The notes: a model not told the origin generated them from the sequence alone. A DNA stretch of 64,000 nucleotides from Acidimicrobiales bacterium (GCA_963663255.1 OY760141.1:1541295-1605294), one strand, 5' to 3'; positions 18,607-28,086 are shown, counted from the stretch's first letter. Numbers and translations are program-made.

Positions 18607-20304
18607 ATGACCGCCGATCTTCGGCCGGTGATCGACAGCGAGACCGACAAATCCGCGCCCCTTCCCCATCGCAGAGTCCGGGGCCACTTTGCGGGCACTG
18701 ACTATCGGTTCACTGTTTCGCTTCCCACCAGATATCGGTACGAGCACCGGTTCTTCCAGAGCGTGTATCCGGTCGATGACGAAAACCCCGGCGATCGGTC
18801 CGTTGTTTTCGGTGCAGACTCAGGGGCCTACACCGTTCAAACCAACGCCGACGGCGGCTATCTGGTGGACGCAGCCGCCGCCACATTCGCCAAGGATGTT
18901 GCCGCCCGCCATTACGGCAGTTCCAAGCCCATTTTCGGCTACATCTATGGAGCGAGCGGAGGCTCTTACCAGACCATCGCCGCCATGGAGAACACCAGCG
19001 GGGTGTGGGCAGGAGGCGTCCCGCTGGTAATCGGCGCGATGACGTCCATACCCAACAACTTCTTCATCCGAGCGTTCGCCCGACTCATCTTGTCGGAAAA
19101 GGCGCCGCTGATAGCCGATGCCGTTGCTCCTGGCGGCAGCGGTGATCCCTACGCCGGCCTTGATCCGGTGGAAGCTGCGGTTTTGCGGGAGGTGTCGGCC
19201 TTGGGAGTTCCCCTAGTGAGTTGGAACGACTATCGCTATGTGCTCGGTCTCGACGATGAGTCAGGGCTGATGCGGTTCGCCAGCACAGTAAAGGCGATCG
19301 ACCCATCGTACGCCGATGATTTCTGGAGTGAGCCCGGCTACTTAGGGACCGAAGACTCTCCGTTGGGCGACCGCTGTCGGGCGGCTCTGATCCAGGAGGA
19401 AGCCAAGGACGACGGCGAGCCTGAGCCCCCGATTGATGCCCGGTGGCGGCTGGCCCTCTGCGCCTTTCACCGCCACCAACTCCCACCTCCGGGCGAGTTT
19501 TCCGGTTGGGATCAGTTCCGCGACCCCGATGGCCATCCCCGACATCCCCAGAGGGCAACCGAAATCGGGCCGCTGATCGGTGGTCAGGTCAGCGGGGGAG
19601 GAACCCACCACGGCCGGATCGCTGGGAAAGTCATCGTGGTGAACAGCCTCGTCGATGCCGATGCCTATCCCTGGCACGGCCACTGGTACGCCGCCCGCGT
19701 CCGGTCGGCTCTGGGCTACGACACCGACGACTGGTTCCGCCTGTGGTTTACCGACAACGCCGATCATCACACCGGCCCGATAAAAGAGGGCAAGGAACAC
19801 TGGCTGGTTTCCTACGACGGGATAGTCCAACAGGCGCTTCGGGACGTGGCGGCTTGGGCGGAAAAGGGGGTGGCCCCTGCGGCATCAACGGCATATCGGC
19901 TGGAAGACGGGCAGATCCTTTTGGCCGACACCGCAGAAGAGCGCGGCGGAATCCAACCTGTGGTGAGGCTGGAGGTCACGGCTGATCCGAGTCGATCTCA
20001 GGCTCCTCATCGAGCAGATGCCGTGTCGGCCATAGTCGAACCAGGAGAGGAGGTGACGTTTCGGGCTGTTGTCGAAGTTCCTCCCGGCGGGGGAGAGGTG
20101 GTCGCACTTGAGTGGGACCCGTTGGGCCGGGGAGAGTTCTGCGACGTCTCTCTGGTCGAGGATGGGTGGTCCACCACCCACCGATTCACCGAGGCTGGCG
20201 TGTTTTCCCCAGTGTTGCGGGCCACAACTCATCGTCAAGGCATTCCTGCCGCGTCAATTGCCCGGGTGCAGAATCTCAGCCGGGTTCGAGTCTCGGTCCA
20301 ATGA
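18607..20304 (+). CDS. Uncharacterised protein, possible alpha/beta-hydrolase (tannase/feruloyl-esterase-like) with Ig-like C-terminal domain
   Basis: 565-aa ORF with coding-like composition. Nucleophile-elbow-like GYIYGASGGSY, later DADAYPW and DNADHH. C-terminal beta-rich segment EVTFRAVVEVPPGGGEVVALEWDP. Function is tentative. Confidence 0.55.
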   Translation: MTADLRPVIDSETDKSAPLPHRRVRGHFAGTDYRFTVSLPTRYRYEHRFFQSVYPVDDENPGDRSVVFGADSGAYTVQTNADGGYLVDAAAATFAKDVAARHYGSSKPIFGYIYGASGGSYQTIAAMENTSGVWAGGVPLVIGAMTSIPNNFFIRAFARLILSEKAPLIADAVAPGGSGDPYAGLDPVEAAVLREVSALGVPLVSWNDYRYVLGLDDESGLMRFASTVKAIDPSYADDFWSEPGYLGTEDSPLGDRCRAALIQEEAKDDGEPEPPIDARWRLALCAFHRHQLPPPGEFSGWDQFRDPDGHPRHPQRATEIGPLIGGQVSGGGTHHGRIAGKVIVVNSLVDADAYPWHGHWYAARVRSALGYDTDDWFRLWFTDNADHHTGPIKEGKEHWLVSYDGIVQQALRDVAAWAEKGVAPAASTAYRLEDGQILLADTAEERGGIQPVVRLEVTADPSRSQAPHRADAVSAIVEPGEEVTFRAVVEVPPGGGEVVALEWDPLGRGEFCDVSLVEDGWSTTHRFTEAGVFSPVLRATTHRQGIPAASIARVQNLSRVRVSVQ

Positions 20305-20400
20305 AGAACTGCCAACTGCCTCTAGCGGCCCAAGCATAGGTGCCGTACATTCGCACATATACGCACGGCGTCTGCCACCTTCCACTACAGGGAACAAGTC

Positions 20401-21900
20401 ATGAGAAGAATCCTCGCTCTCGTCATTGTGATTGTGCTCGCACTCAGCGCCTGCACTACTTCCAAGGAAGAAGAGGCCGCACCAGAAAGTGCCCCGGCTA
20501 CCGAATCCGCCGACGATAGAGGAGCCAGTACACCGGCCCCTGAGGATGCCGACGATGGCGCACCGGCCCCTGAGGATGCCGATAGCGGTGGACAGGCCTC
20601 CGACAACGGCCAGCAAGACCAGGAAGAGGCCGAGGGCGGGGAGCAGGCCCCAGAGGGCGACGGAGCTGAGCCCGAAGTTGAGGAGCCAGCGCCCACCGGT
20701 CCGGGAACCCTGGGTCTATTCCCCGCGGTTGTCGACGAGCGGGCCCCTGGGGTTACCGACGATGCGGTGAAGATCGGAGTCATGTATCCCGACCTGACCA
20801 GCGTGAAGTCGATCATCGGCATCGACCACGGCGACTACGAAGCGGCCTACCAGGTGGCATTCGATCAGGTGAACAACGCCGGCGGTATCCATGGTCGGCG
20901 CATCGTTCCCGTGTTTGCCCCAGTTGACCCGCTTCCCGCCGATGCTGGTACGGCAGCCTGCACGCTGTTGACCGAGGACGAGGACGTGTTTCTTGCGGTG
21001 GGCAACTTCATCGGAGACGATGTGCTCTGCTTCGTCGAGACTCACGAGACGCCACTACTGGGTAGCAACATAACTACTGAAGCGTTTGCCCTGGCCAGAA
21101 CTCTTTGGTTCTCTACCGAGGCAGGCGATGGATTCGCCCTCAACGGATATCGAGCATTGGTGCAAGGCGGAAGACTCTCCGGAAGGGTCGGACTCGTCGG
21201 TTCCGTTGGCGGAGAAGAACTCTACGAGACCCAGATCAAACCCATTCTTGAGTCTGGCGGAGTCCAGGTTGTAGACGTTGCCTATCTCGACACTTCTCTT
21301 GCTGAGACCGATACCAATGCCCTGTATGCCTCGGCCGAGACCGTCGCCTTGAAGTTCGAGTCCCAGAACATAGACCAGCTCTTGTTTGCAGGAGGGTCGG
21401 AACCCGCCTTCCTCTTTGGATTGGCCCGCACTGGCTATCGACCCCAGCCGGTAATCACCAACTTCTCCAATGCCCAGGTGTACATCAGTGGAGAGGGCAA
21501 TGATCTTTCGGTTCTTGAGGGCGCGATCGCCTTCGGATCATTTGATGCAGAACCGGTTTGGCGGCAATTGGGAGATCCGACGAAGTCATGCATGGAAGAA
21601 CAGGAGAGGGTCCTTGGAATCACCTTTCTCCCGGAGGAAGAGCGGGAAGAAGACGATCCCGAATACTACGCGAGCTCCACGACTGCGTGCCGGTATACCG
21701 CCTTTGCGGCCTCGATACTGGAAGCCGCCGGCCCGGAGCTGAACCGCGGCACGTTTATCACCGCAGCCCACAATCTGGGCGAGATCATGCTTCCCGGTTT
21801 CCCTGATCCTTGGTACTTCGACAAAGACCACCCTGATGGGATTCGGCCACTGCTCTACTTCCGGTGGGACGCAGAGAGCGAGTCGCTTGTAGCCGAATAG
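20401..21900 (+). CDS. ABC transporter solute-binding lipoprotein (type I PBP, LivJ-like)
   Basis: Lipoprotein signal MRRILALVIVIVLALSAC (lipobox LSAC). A long acidic Pro/Glu/Asp linker follows, then KIGVMYPDLTS-type PBP1 fold. It sits at the head of the transporter operon. Confidence 0.8.
   Translation: MRRILALVIVIVLALSACTTSKEEEAAPESAPATESADDRGASTPAPEDADDGAPAPEDADSGGQASDNGQQDQEEAEGGEQAPEGDGAEPEVEEPAPTGPGTLGLFPAVVDERAPGVTDDAVKIGVMYPDLTSVKSIIGIDHGDYEAAYQVAFDQVNNAGGIHGRRIVPVFAPVDPLPADAGTAACTLLTEDEDVFLAVGNFIGDDVLCFVETHETPLLGSNITTEAFALARTLWFSTEAGDGFALNGYRALVQGGRLSGRVGLVGSVGGEELYETQIKPILESGGVQVVDVAYLDTSLAETDTNALYASAETVALKFESQNIDQLLFAGGSEPAFLFGLARTGYRPQPVITNFSNAQVYISGEGNDLSVLEGAIAFGSFDAEPVWRQLGDPTKSCMEEQERVLGITFLPEEEREEDDPEYYASSTTACRYTAFAASILEAAGPELNRGTFITAAHNLGEIMLPGFPDPWYFDKDHPDGIRPLLYFRWDAESESLVAE
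20531..20590 (+). repeat. Two-copy 30-bp in-frame tandem repeat inside the lipoprotein linker
   Basis: caccggcccctgaggatgccga occurs at 20531-20552 and again at 20561-20582 (22/22 identical), then diverges. It encodes TPAPEDADDGA/PAPEDADSGG. Confidence 0.9.
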
Positions 21901-21950
21901 TCGGGGATTCGGCGACAGGGCGAGGGCTCACCAGGGGAGTTGGTTGAAAT

Positions 21951-24143
21951 ATGAGCGACGAAGCCGAGGATCGACCGAGCGAACTCGCGGAAACGATCCT
22001 CGACCTCGAATCCCAACGCCAAGAAGTTGTCGAAGAGCGTGAGGCTTTGTCGCCCGACGAAGCTCCGGGTGCCGGAGAGGGGGATTTGACTCTAAAGCAA
22101 GCCGTGGTCACCGGCAGCGCTTCGACGTTTTTCATCTTGGCCGCAATCGGCTTGTTCACCAACGTCGAGCGGGCGTCACTGAGCACTCTGTCCCCCGACA
22201 TCCGCGATTCGCTCGGCATCAGCGACGGCACGATGGTCTTCATCAGCTCCGCAGCAGGAGCGTTCCTGATTCTCGGTGCCCTTCCGATGGGGTGGTTGGC
22301 CGACCGTTTCCGCCGAGGTCGCATCATTGCCATCGCCAATCTCTTTTTCGGGGTAATGGTGGCGGTCACCGGAATGGCTGTGAACGCCGTCATGCTGTTC
22401 TTCACCCGATTGGGCGTCGGAGTTACCGAATCGAACTCCTTCACCGTGCAGACATCGCTGGTGGCCGATCAATATCCGATAAGTGCCAGGGGGCGTATTG
22501 GCAGCACACTTTCGCTGATCGGGTCGATGACCGGGGCACTCAGCCCGCTAATCGCGGGAGGGCTGGCCGTGGCGATCGGCGGACCCTCGGCGTGGCGCTG
22601 GGTATTTCTTATTCTGGCTATACCCATCGTGTTGGTGTCCATGGCGACGTTTCGAATCCCCGAGCCGCCGCGAGGGCAGTTTGAGAAGAAAGACGTACTC
22701 GGGGAGATCATCGAAGACGAGGACCCCCTCCCCATCTCGGTTGAGGTGGCCTTCGCTCGTCTGCTTCAGATTCGAACCCTTCGTTGCGTGGTCACTGCCT
22801 TTGCGGCCCTCGGATTCGGACTGTTCACGGTTCCAGTTTTGGGCAACATCTTCATGGAAGACGAGTATGGGCTCGACGCCTTCGGACGAGGTGCGGTAGG
22901 CACGGTCAGCGGTGTTGCCGTGATGATCTCAATGCCATTTGTGGGCAGGTACTACGACCGGCTGTATCGCCGGAATCCCGAATTCGCGTTCAGTCTTGTC
23001 GGGTGGCTCATTCTCCCGTCCGCGTTGCTCATTCCGGTTCAGTTCTTCATGCCCGGCCCAGTTGGGTTTGCCATCCTGGGGATACTGCCATCAGTGATGA
23101 CCATTGCCGGGTTCTCCATGGTGGGACCCCTGTTGATGGCGGTAGTCCCCTATCGATTACGGGGTATGGGCCAGGCGCTGGGGGCTCTGTATATCTTCTT
23201 TATCGGCGCCACAGGGGGGGCGTTGCTCTCGGGGTTCTTGTCCGACGCCTACGGCACCCGCACGGCGATCATCGTCATCTATGTCCCGTCGACCATTGTC
23301 GGCGGCCTATTGATGTTGCGGGGAAGAGCGTCTATCCGCGAGGACTTGGCCCTCGTCGCGGCCGACCTGCGCGAAGAGCAGGACGACCACGCCCGCCGTT
23401 CGGCCAACCCCGACCAGATTCCCGCACTCCAACTCAGCCAGGTCGACTTCTCTTATGGGCAGGTTCAGGTCTTGTTCGGTGTGAGCTTCGAGGTTGAAAA
23501 GGGCGAGGTCTTGGCGCTGTTGGGCACCAACGGCGCGGGCAAGTCGACCGCGTTGCGGGTGGTTGCCGGGCTGGGAACGCCATCTCGCGGGGTGGTGCGC
23601 CACCACGGTCGCACCATCACTTATGTCACCCCCGAGTTGCGCACCCGCTTGGGCATTCACATGCTCCCCGGCGGCAGCGGCGTGTTCAACGATCTATCTG
23701 TTCGCGAGAACCTAGAGATTGCCGCATTCAACCTGCGCAAAGACAAGGCCGCCATGGAGGCTGCCATCGAACGCGCCCTCTCTCTGTTCCCGGACCTAGC
23801 CGAACGGCCCAACGTTGCGGCGTCGTCGCTGTCGGGTGGTCAGCGCCAGTTGCTGGCCTTGGCCCAGGTGCTCACCACTGAGCCCGATGTGCTGATCATC
23901 GACGAACTCTCCCTCGGGCTGGCACCGGTCATGGTGGAGAAGCTTGTGGGGATCATCGAGGAACTCAAGTCGCAAGGCCTCACGATCATCATCGTCGAGC
24001 AGTCCCTTAATGTCGCCATGGCCATTGCCGACCGGGCGGTCTTCTTGGAGAAAGGCCACGTGCGCTTCGACGGCGACATGGCCGAGTTGGTGGAACGCGA
24101 TGATCTGGCCCGAGCAGTATTCCTGGGTACGGAGGGCGGATGA
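21951..24143 (+). CDS. Fusion protein: 12-TM MFS permease domain + LivF-type ABC ATPase domain
   Basis: N-terminal part has about 12 hydrophobic helices (6+6), the MFS motif-A-like GWLADRFRRGRIIAI, and a charged central loop. C-terminal part has Walker A GTNGAGKST, signature LSGGQRQLL and Walker B VLIIDELSLGLAP. It is a single uninterrupted ORF. Confidence 0.85.
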   Translation: MSDEAEDRPSELAETILDLESQRQEVVEEREALSPDEAPGAGEGDLTLKQAVVTGSASTFFILAAIGLFTNVERASLSTLSPDIRDSLGISDGTMVFISSAAGAFLILGALPMGWLADRFRRGRIIAIANLFFGVMVAVTGMAVNAVMLFFTRLGVGVTESNSFTVQTSLVADQYPISARGRIGSTLSLIGSMTGALSPLIAGGLAVAIGGPSAWRWVFLILAIPIVLVSMATFRIPEPPRGQFEKKDVLGEIIEDEDPLPISVEVAFARLLQIRTLRCVVTAFAALGFGLFTVPVLGNIFMEDEYGLDAFGRGAVGTVSGVAVMISMPFVGRYYDRLYRRNPEFAFSLVGWLILPSALLIPVQFFMPGPVGFAILGILPSVMTIAGFSMVGPLLMAVVPYRLRGMGQALGALYIFFIGATGGALLSGFLSDAYGTRTAIIVIYVPSTIVGGLLMLRGRASIREDLALVAADLREEQDDHARRSANPDQIPALQLSQVDFSYGQVQVLFGVSFEVEKGEVLALLGTNGAGKSTALRVVAGLGTPSRGVVRHHGRTITYVTPELRTRLGIHMLPGGSGVFNDLSVRENLEIAAFNLRKDKAAMEAAIERALSLFPDLAERPNVAASSLSGGQRQLLALAQVLTTEPDVLIIDELSLGLAPVMVEKLVGIIEELKSQGLTIIIVEQSLNVAMAIADRAVFLEKGHVRFDGDMAELVERDDLARAVFLGTEGG

Positions 24144-26959
24144 CTCTAGCCGTCTGGATCACCACTCAGATCGCATTCAACGGTCTAGTGCAGGGAATGG
24201 TCTATGGCCTCTTGGCCATGACCATCGTTCTGATCTACCGGTCGAGCAAGGTGATCAACTTCGCAGTGGGGGCCATGGGGCTAATCGGCTCGGGCCTGCT
24301 GGTGCTCCTCAATGTGCGGTTCGGCGTGCCCTATTGGGTCTCACTGGCCATCGCGCTGGCCGCCGGCCTTTTCTATGGCGTCGTCATCGAATTGGCCGTA
24401 GTGCGGCGACTGTTCCAGGCGCCTCGGGTGATCTTGCTGGTGGCGACCATCGGGATCAGCCAGCTCAGTCAGGCCATTTTGATCGCCTATCCCGAAATCA
24501 AGGGCCGGGCCCCATACCCGCTGCCGGTGGACGGTCTGTGGGAGATCGGTGATCTTCGGATCAAGAGCTCGCAACTGACGGTGGTCATCGTGACTCCTTT
24601 GATCGCCATTGCATTGGGCTGGTTCCTAAACCGGACGCTGATTGGAAGGGTGATCCGGGCGTCTGCCACCAATCCTGATCTGGCTCGCCTGCGTGGGGTG
24701 AACCCCAAGAAGGTCTCTACCGTGGTGTGGGGGATAGCCGGCGGCGTGGGCACGGTTTCGATGATGTTGGTCGGCGGGGTGGATGGATCGGCGGCGAATC
24801 TGAGCCACCTCGGTCCCACAACTTTGCTTCGTGCTCTAGTGGCGGCCCTCATCGCCCGATTCACGTCTTTCCGGATGGCGCTGCTCATCGGTGTGGTAAT
24901 CGGCTTGGCCGAGGGCATTGTGCGCTTCAACTTCTTGGACACGCCGGGGCTGATCGACGCCCTGTTGCTGCTCGCCGTCATCGCTGCGGTGGCTACGGTG
25001 GTGCGAGAGCGCGAATCCGGCATCTTTGTGTTCAACCCCAAAGTCGACGCCATGCCCGAGCGGCTTCAGGCCATCTGGTGGGTGCGCCACCTCAACCGCA
25101 TCGCCATGTTGATCCCGTTGGGGTTGGCCATCGCCTTGCCGTTTGTGTTCACCAGAGCTTCTCAGCATGTGCTGTACGCGTCCATCGCAGGGTTCACCAT
25201 CTGTGCGCTGTCGTTGACCGTTCTCACCGGGTGGGCTGGTCAGCTTTCTCTAGGCCAGATGTCATTTGCGGGGGTCGGCGCTCTGCTGGCGGCGGCCTTT
25301 TCCCGGGGTATGACCATCGACTGGTCGATCGGCACCAGCCAGTTCATCTACATCCGCTTCGAACCGTTCCCCTATGCGTGGTCGATTGTGGTGGCCATGC
25401 TCATCACCGCGGTCTTGGCCGCAGCCATAGGCTCCGGCGCGCTACGCATCAGCGGACTGCTGCTGGCCGTCAGCACTTTCGCCTTCGCCGTGGCCGCGGC
25501 CAGCTACCTCTACCGCCTGCAAATGTTGTCCGACGGCAATGGCACATTTGTCTTGTTCCGGCGGGGATCGATCTTCGGCCTCGATCTCGACAACAACCGC
25601 ACCTTCTATTTCGTGGTCCTTGCGGCTTTGGCCCTTGTCTTGGCGGTGCTAGGCCGGCTGCGCCGCAGTTCAGTGGGCCGGGTGACGCTGGCGGTGCGCG
25701 ACAACGATGTCTCCGCAGCCGCCTACACCATTCGCCCAGCAGTGGTGAAGCTGCGCTCGTTCGCCTTATCGGGCGCCATTGCCGCATTGGGCGGAGCTCT
25801 CTTGGCCGGGGTCGCCCAGCGCATGTCATTCGGTGATGGCCGGTTCTTGGTGGAGGGTTCGTTGATGCTGGTGGCGATGATCGTCATTGGCGGGATGGGA
25901 TCGTTGGGAGGAGCGGTCATCGGCGCCATCTGGGTGGTCGGCCTGCCGGCAATCGCCCCCGGCAACGAACTTGTTCCCCTGCTGACTTCCAGCATCGGTC
26001 TTCTGGTTCTGCTGCTGTACTTCCCCGGCGGTCTGGTCCACGTTCTGCACCGGGTGCGCGGCGCTATCTACCGCCGGCTTGAGAGAAGGCTGCCTCCGGT
26101 TCAAAAGGCCGCGGTCGATGCGCCAGCTTCGGCCAAGATCGAACGGGAAAGCACTGAAGAGCACCCGGTGCCGCTGCGGACCCACGACGTCGAGGTGTCC
26201 TTCGGGGGGCTCAAAGCCAACGATGGCATCTCCATCGAAGTGCGGGCCAACGAGGTGGTCGGGCTAATCGGGACCAACGGCGCGGGCAAGACCACATTGA
26301 TGAACGCCATCGGGGGGTTTGTGGCGTCCTCGGGTCAAGTGGAGCTGTTGGGAGAGGAAGTATCCCGGAAGGCTCCGGCTCAACGGGCCCGCTTGGGACT
26401 GGGCCGATCGTTCCAAGCCGCCGCCCTGTTTCCTGAACTCACCGTCCGCGAGTCGGTGCTGGTCGCTCTGGAAGCTCGTGGGCGCACCGGAATGATCGAG
26501 ACAATGGTGTTCTCGCCTCGCACCGCAGCCCGGGCCCGGGTCCGGCGCAGCGAGTCTGCTGAGCTAGTGGATTTCCTCGGACTGGGCCGCTACGCCGACA
26601 AGCCGATCTCTGACCTGTCCACCGGCACCCGGCGCATTGTCGAGTTGGCCGGGCTCTTGGCATTGGGGGCCCGTGTGTTGTGCCTCGATGAACCCACTGC
26701 CGGGATCGCCCAGCGGGAAGCCGAAGCCATGGGCCCGCTGTTGTTGCAGATCCGCAAAGAGCTTCAGGCTGCCATGATCATCATCGAACACGACATGCCC
26801 CTCATCATGGGCATGAGCGACCGCGTCTACTGCCTGGAGCTGGGCAAGGTGATCGCCGAGGGCGACCCCGCCTCGGTCCGCAATGATCCCCTGGTGATCG
26901 CCAGCTATCTGGGCATGGATGAGCGGGCCATCCAGCGCAGCGGCAAAGCCAGCCACTAA
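24140..26959 (+). CDS. Fusion protein: LivH-like permease + LivM-like permease + LivG-type ABC ATPase
   Basis: ATG 24140 overlaps the upstream stop (ATGA). Two successive polytopic permease regions are followed by Walker A GTNGAGKTT, LSTGTRRIVELA, Walker B VLCLDEPTAGIA and IIIEHDM. Confidence 0.85.
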   Translation: MTLAVWITTQIAFNGLVQGMVYGLLAMTIVLIYRSSKVINFAVGAMGLIGSGLLVLLNVRFGVPYWVSLAIALAAGLFYGVVIELAVVRRLFQAPRVILLVATIGISQLSQAILIAYPEIKGRAPYPLPVDGLWEIGDLRIKSSQLTVVIVTPLIAIALGWFLNRTLIGRVIRASATNPDLARLRGVNPKKVSTVVWGIAGGVGTVSMMLVGGVDGSAANLSHLGPTTLLRALVAALIARFTSFRMALLIGVVIGLAEGIVRFNFLDTPGLIDALLLLAVIAAVATVVRERESGIFVFNPKVDAMPERLQAIWWVRHLNRIAMLIPLGLAIALPFVFTRASQHVLYASIAGFTICALSLTVLTGWAGQLSLGQMSFAGVGALLAAAFSRGMTIDWSIGTSQFIYIRFEPFPYAWSIVVAMLITAVLAAAIGSGALRISGLLLAVSTFAFAVAAASYLYRLQMLSDGNGTFVLFRRGSIFGLDLDNNRTFYFVVLAALALVLAVLGRLRRSSVGRVTLAVRDNDVSAAAYTIRPAVVKLRSFALSGAIAALGGALLAGVAQRMSFGDGRFLVEGSLMLVAMIVIGGMGSLGGAVIGAIWVVGLPAIAPGNELVPLLTSSIGLLVLLLYFPGGLVHVLHRVRGAIYRRLERRLPPVQKAAVDAPASAKIERESTEEHPVPLRTHDVEVSFGGLKANDGISIEVRANEVVGLIGTNGAGKTTLMNAIGGFVASSGQVELLGEEVSRKAPAQRARLGLGRSFQAAALFPELTVRESVLVALEARGRTGMIETMVFSPRTAARARVRRSESAELVDFLGLGRYADKPISDLSTGTRRIVELAGLLALGARVLCLDEPTAGIAQREAEAMGPLLLQIRKELQAAMIIIEHDMPLIMGMSDRVYCLELGKVIAEGDPASVRNDPLVIASYLGMDERAIQRSGKASH

Positions 26960-26999
26960 TGAGGTGCTCCCGGTGCAGTTTCCCGGAGATGTACGAGGA

Positions 27000-28010
27000 T
27001 CAGCCGTTGGTGTACAGGTCGTCAGGAGTCAGGGCGTTCACCATTGTTTCTCCACGGCGATAGCGACCGACGTTCTCGATGATGACGTCGATCGACCGCT
27101 GAGTGCGTTCGGGCAACTTCGGGGTCATGTGCGGGGTGATGATGACATTGGGGAGGCTCCACAGCGGTGACTCAGCCGGGAGCGGCTCCGGATCGGTGAC
27201 GTCCAGGCCAGCCCCAGCGATCTGCCCCCCGTGGAGCGCTCGGGCCAGCGCCTCATGATCGACAACTGCACCTCGGGCCAGATTCACCAGGTAAGCGGAG
27301 TCCTTCATGCGCTCGAATTGCTCCTCTCCGAACAGGTGGTGGGTGGCGTCGTTGAGGGTGATGGCGAGCATGATCACGTCGGACTCCTCTAGCAACGGGT
27401 CGAGCGAATCACCCTCTTCTGACGACAGCATCCGATCCACTGTCGGCGGGAGCGGGCCGGAGCGGCGCCGGTAGGCGATCACCCTCATCCCGAAGGCTTT
27501 CCCCAATGCCGCCATCTCGTGGCCAGTGTGTCCGAATCCGACGATCCCGAGCGTTTTGCCATGGAGGGCGAGCCGGTGTTCGTAGCCCGGAATGCCACCC
27601 CATTGGCGAGCTGCCTGCCGCTCGAAGAGGCGGCGTGCGTCAAAGGTCAAAGCGAGTGCGAGGTAGAACCCGTGCTGGGCCAGCGCGGGGGCCGACCGGC
27701 CCGCTGAACCGGTGACGATCAGACCTCGCTCGAAGATTGCGTGGCGGGCGGAGCGGTCAAGGCCGGCTTTGTCGCAGTGAACCCACCGCAGATTGGGGGC
27801 ACTCAAGTGGCGGTCGTCGATGTCGGACGTGAGCATCGCAACGTCAGCTCGGTTGAGCGCCGCGGCGATTGCGTCGTCGTCGAACGGGAACGCTTCGATG
27901 AATTCGGCAGGCGCGAAGGCCCGTCGAAGCTGACCGATCTCTTCGGGCAAGTACGGCAGTGTGGATAGGACCACGTGGATTTCGCGAGGTCCGGGGTTTG
28001 TGACGTTCAT
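27000..28010 (-). CDS. D-isomer-specific 2-hydroxyacid dehydrogenase family protein
   Basis: NAD-binding GKTLGIVGFGHTGHEMA, LARGAVVD, and the catalytic-His context ITPHMT. ATG 28010 (MNVTNPG) is preferred over 28091. Confidence 0.85.
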   Translation of the reverse strand: MNVTNPGPREIHVVLSTLPYLPEEIGQLRRAFAPAEFIEAFPFDDDAIAAALNRADVAMLTSDIDDRHLSAPNLRWVHCDKAGLDRSARHAIFERGLIVTGSAGRSAPALAQHGFYLALALTFDARRLFERQAARQWGGIPGYEHRLALHGKTLGIVGFGHTGHEMAALGKAFGMRVIAYRRRSGPLPPTVDRMLSSEEGDSLDPLLEESDVIMLAITLNDATHHLFGEEQFERMKDSAYLVNLARGAVVDHEALARALHGGQIAGAGLDVTDPEPLPAESPLWSLPNVIITPHMTPKLPERTQRSIDVIIENVGRYRRGETMVNALTPDDLYTNG

Positions 28011-28086
28011 CGCATCTCCCGGTACATGTTCGCCGTCAATGAGCCCGGACGCCATCGATGAAGAGATCGACGGCGGCTCATTACTG

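Noticed and set aside
20531-20590. Tandem 30-bp repeat considered as a possible CRISPR or minisatellite
   Set aside because: There are only two copies and no spacers. It is in-frame inside a coding low-complexity linker, so it is reported only as a coding repeat.
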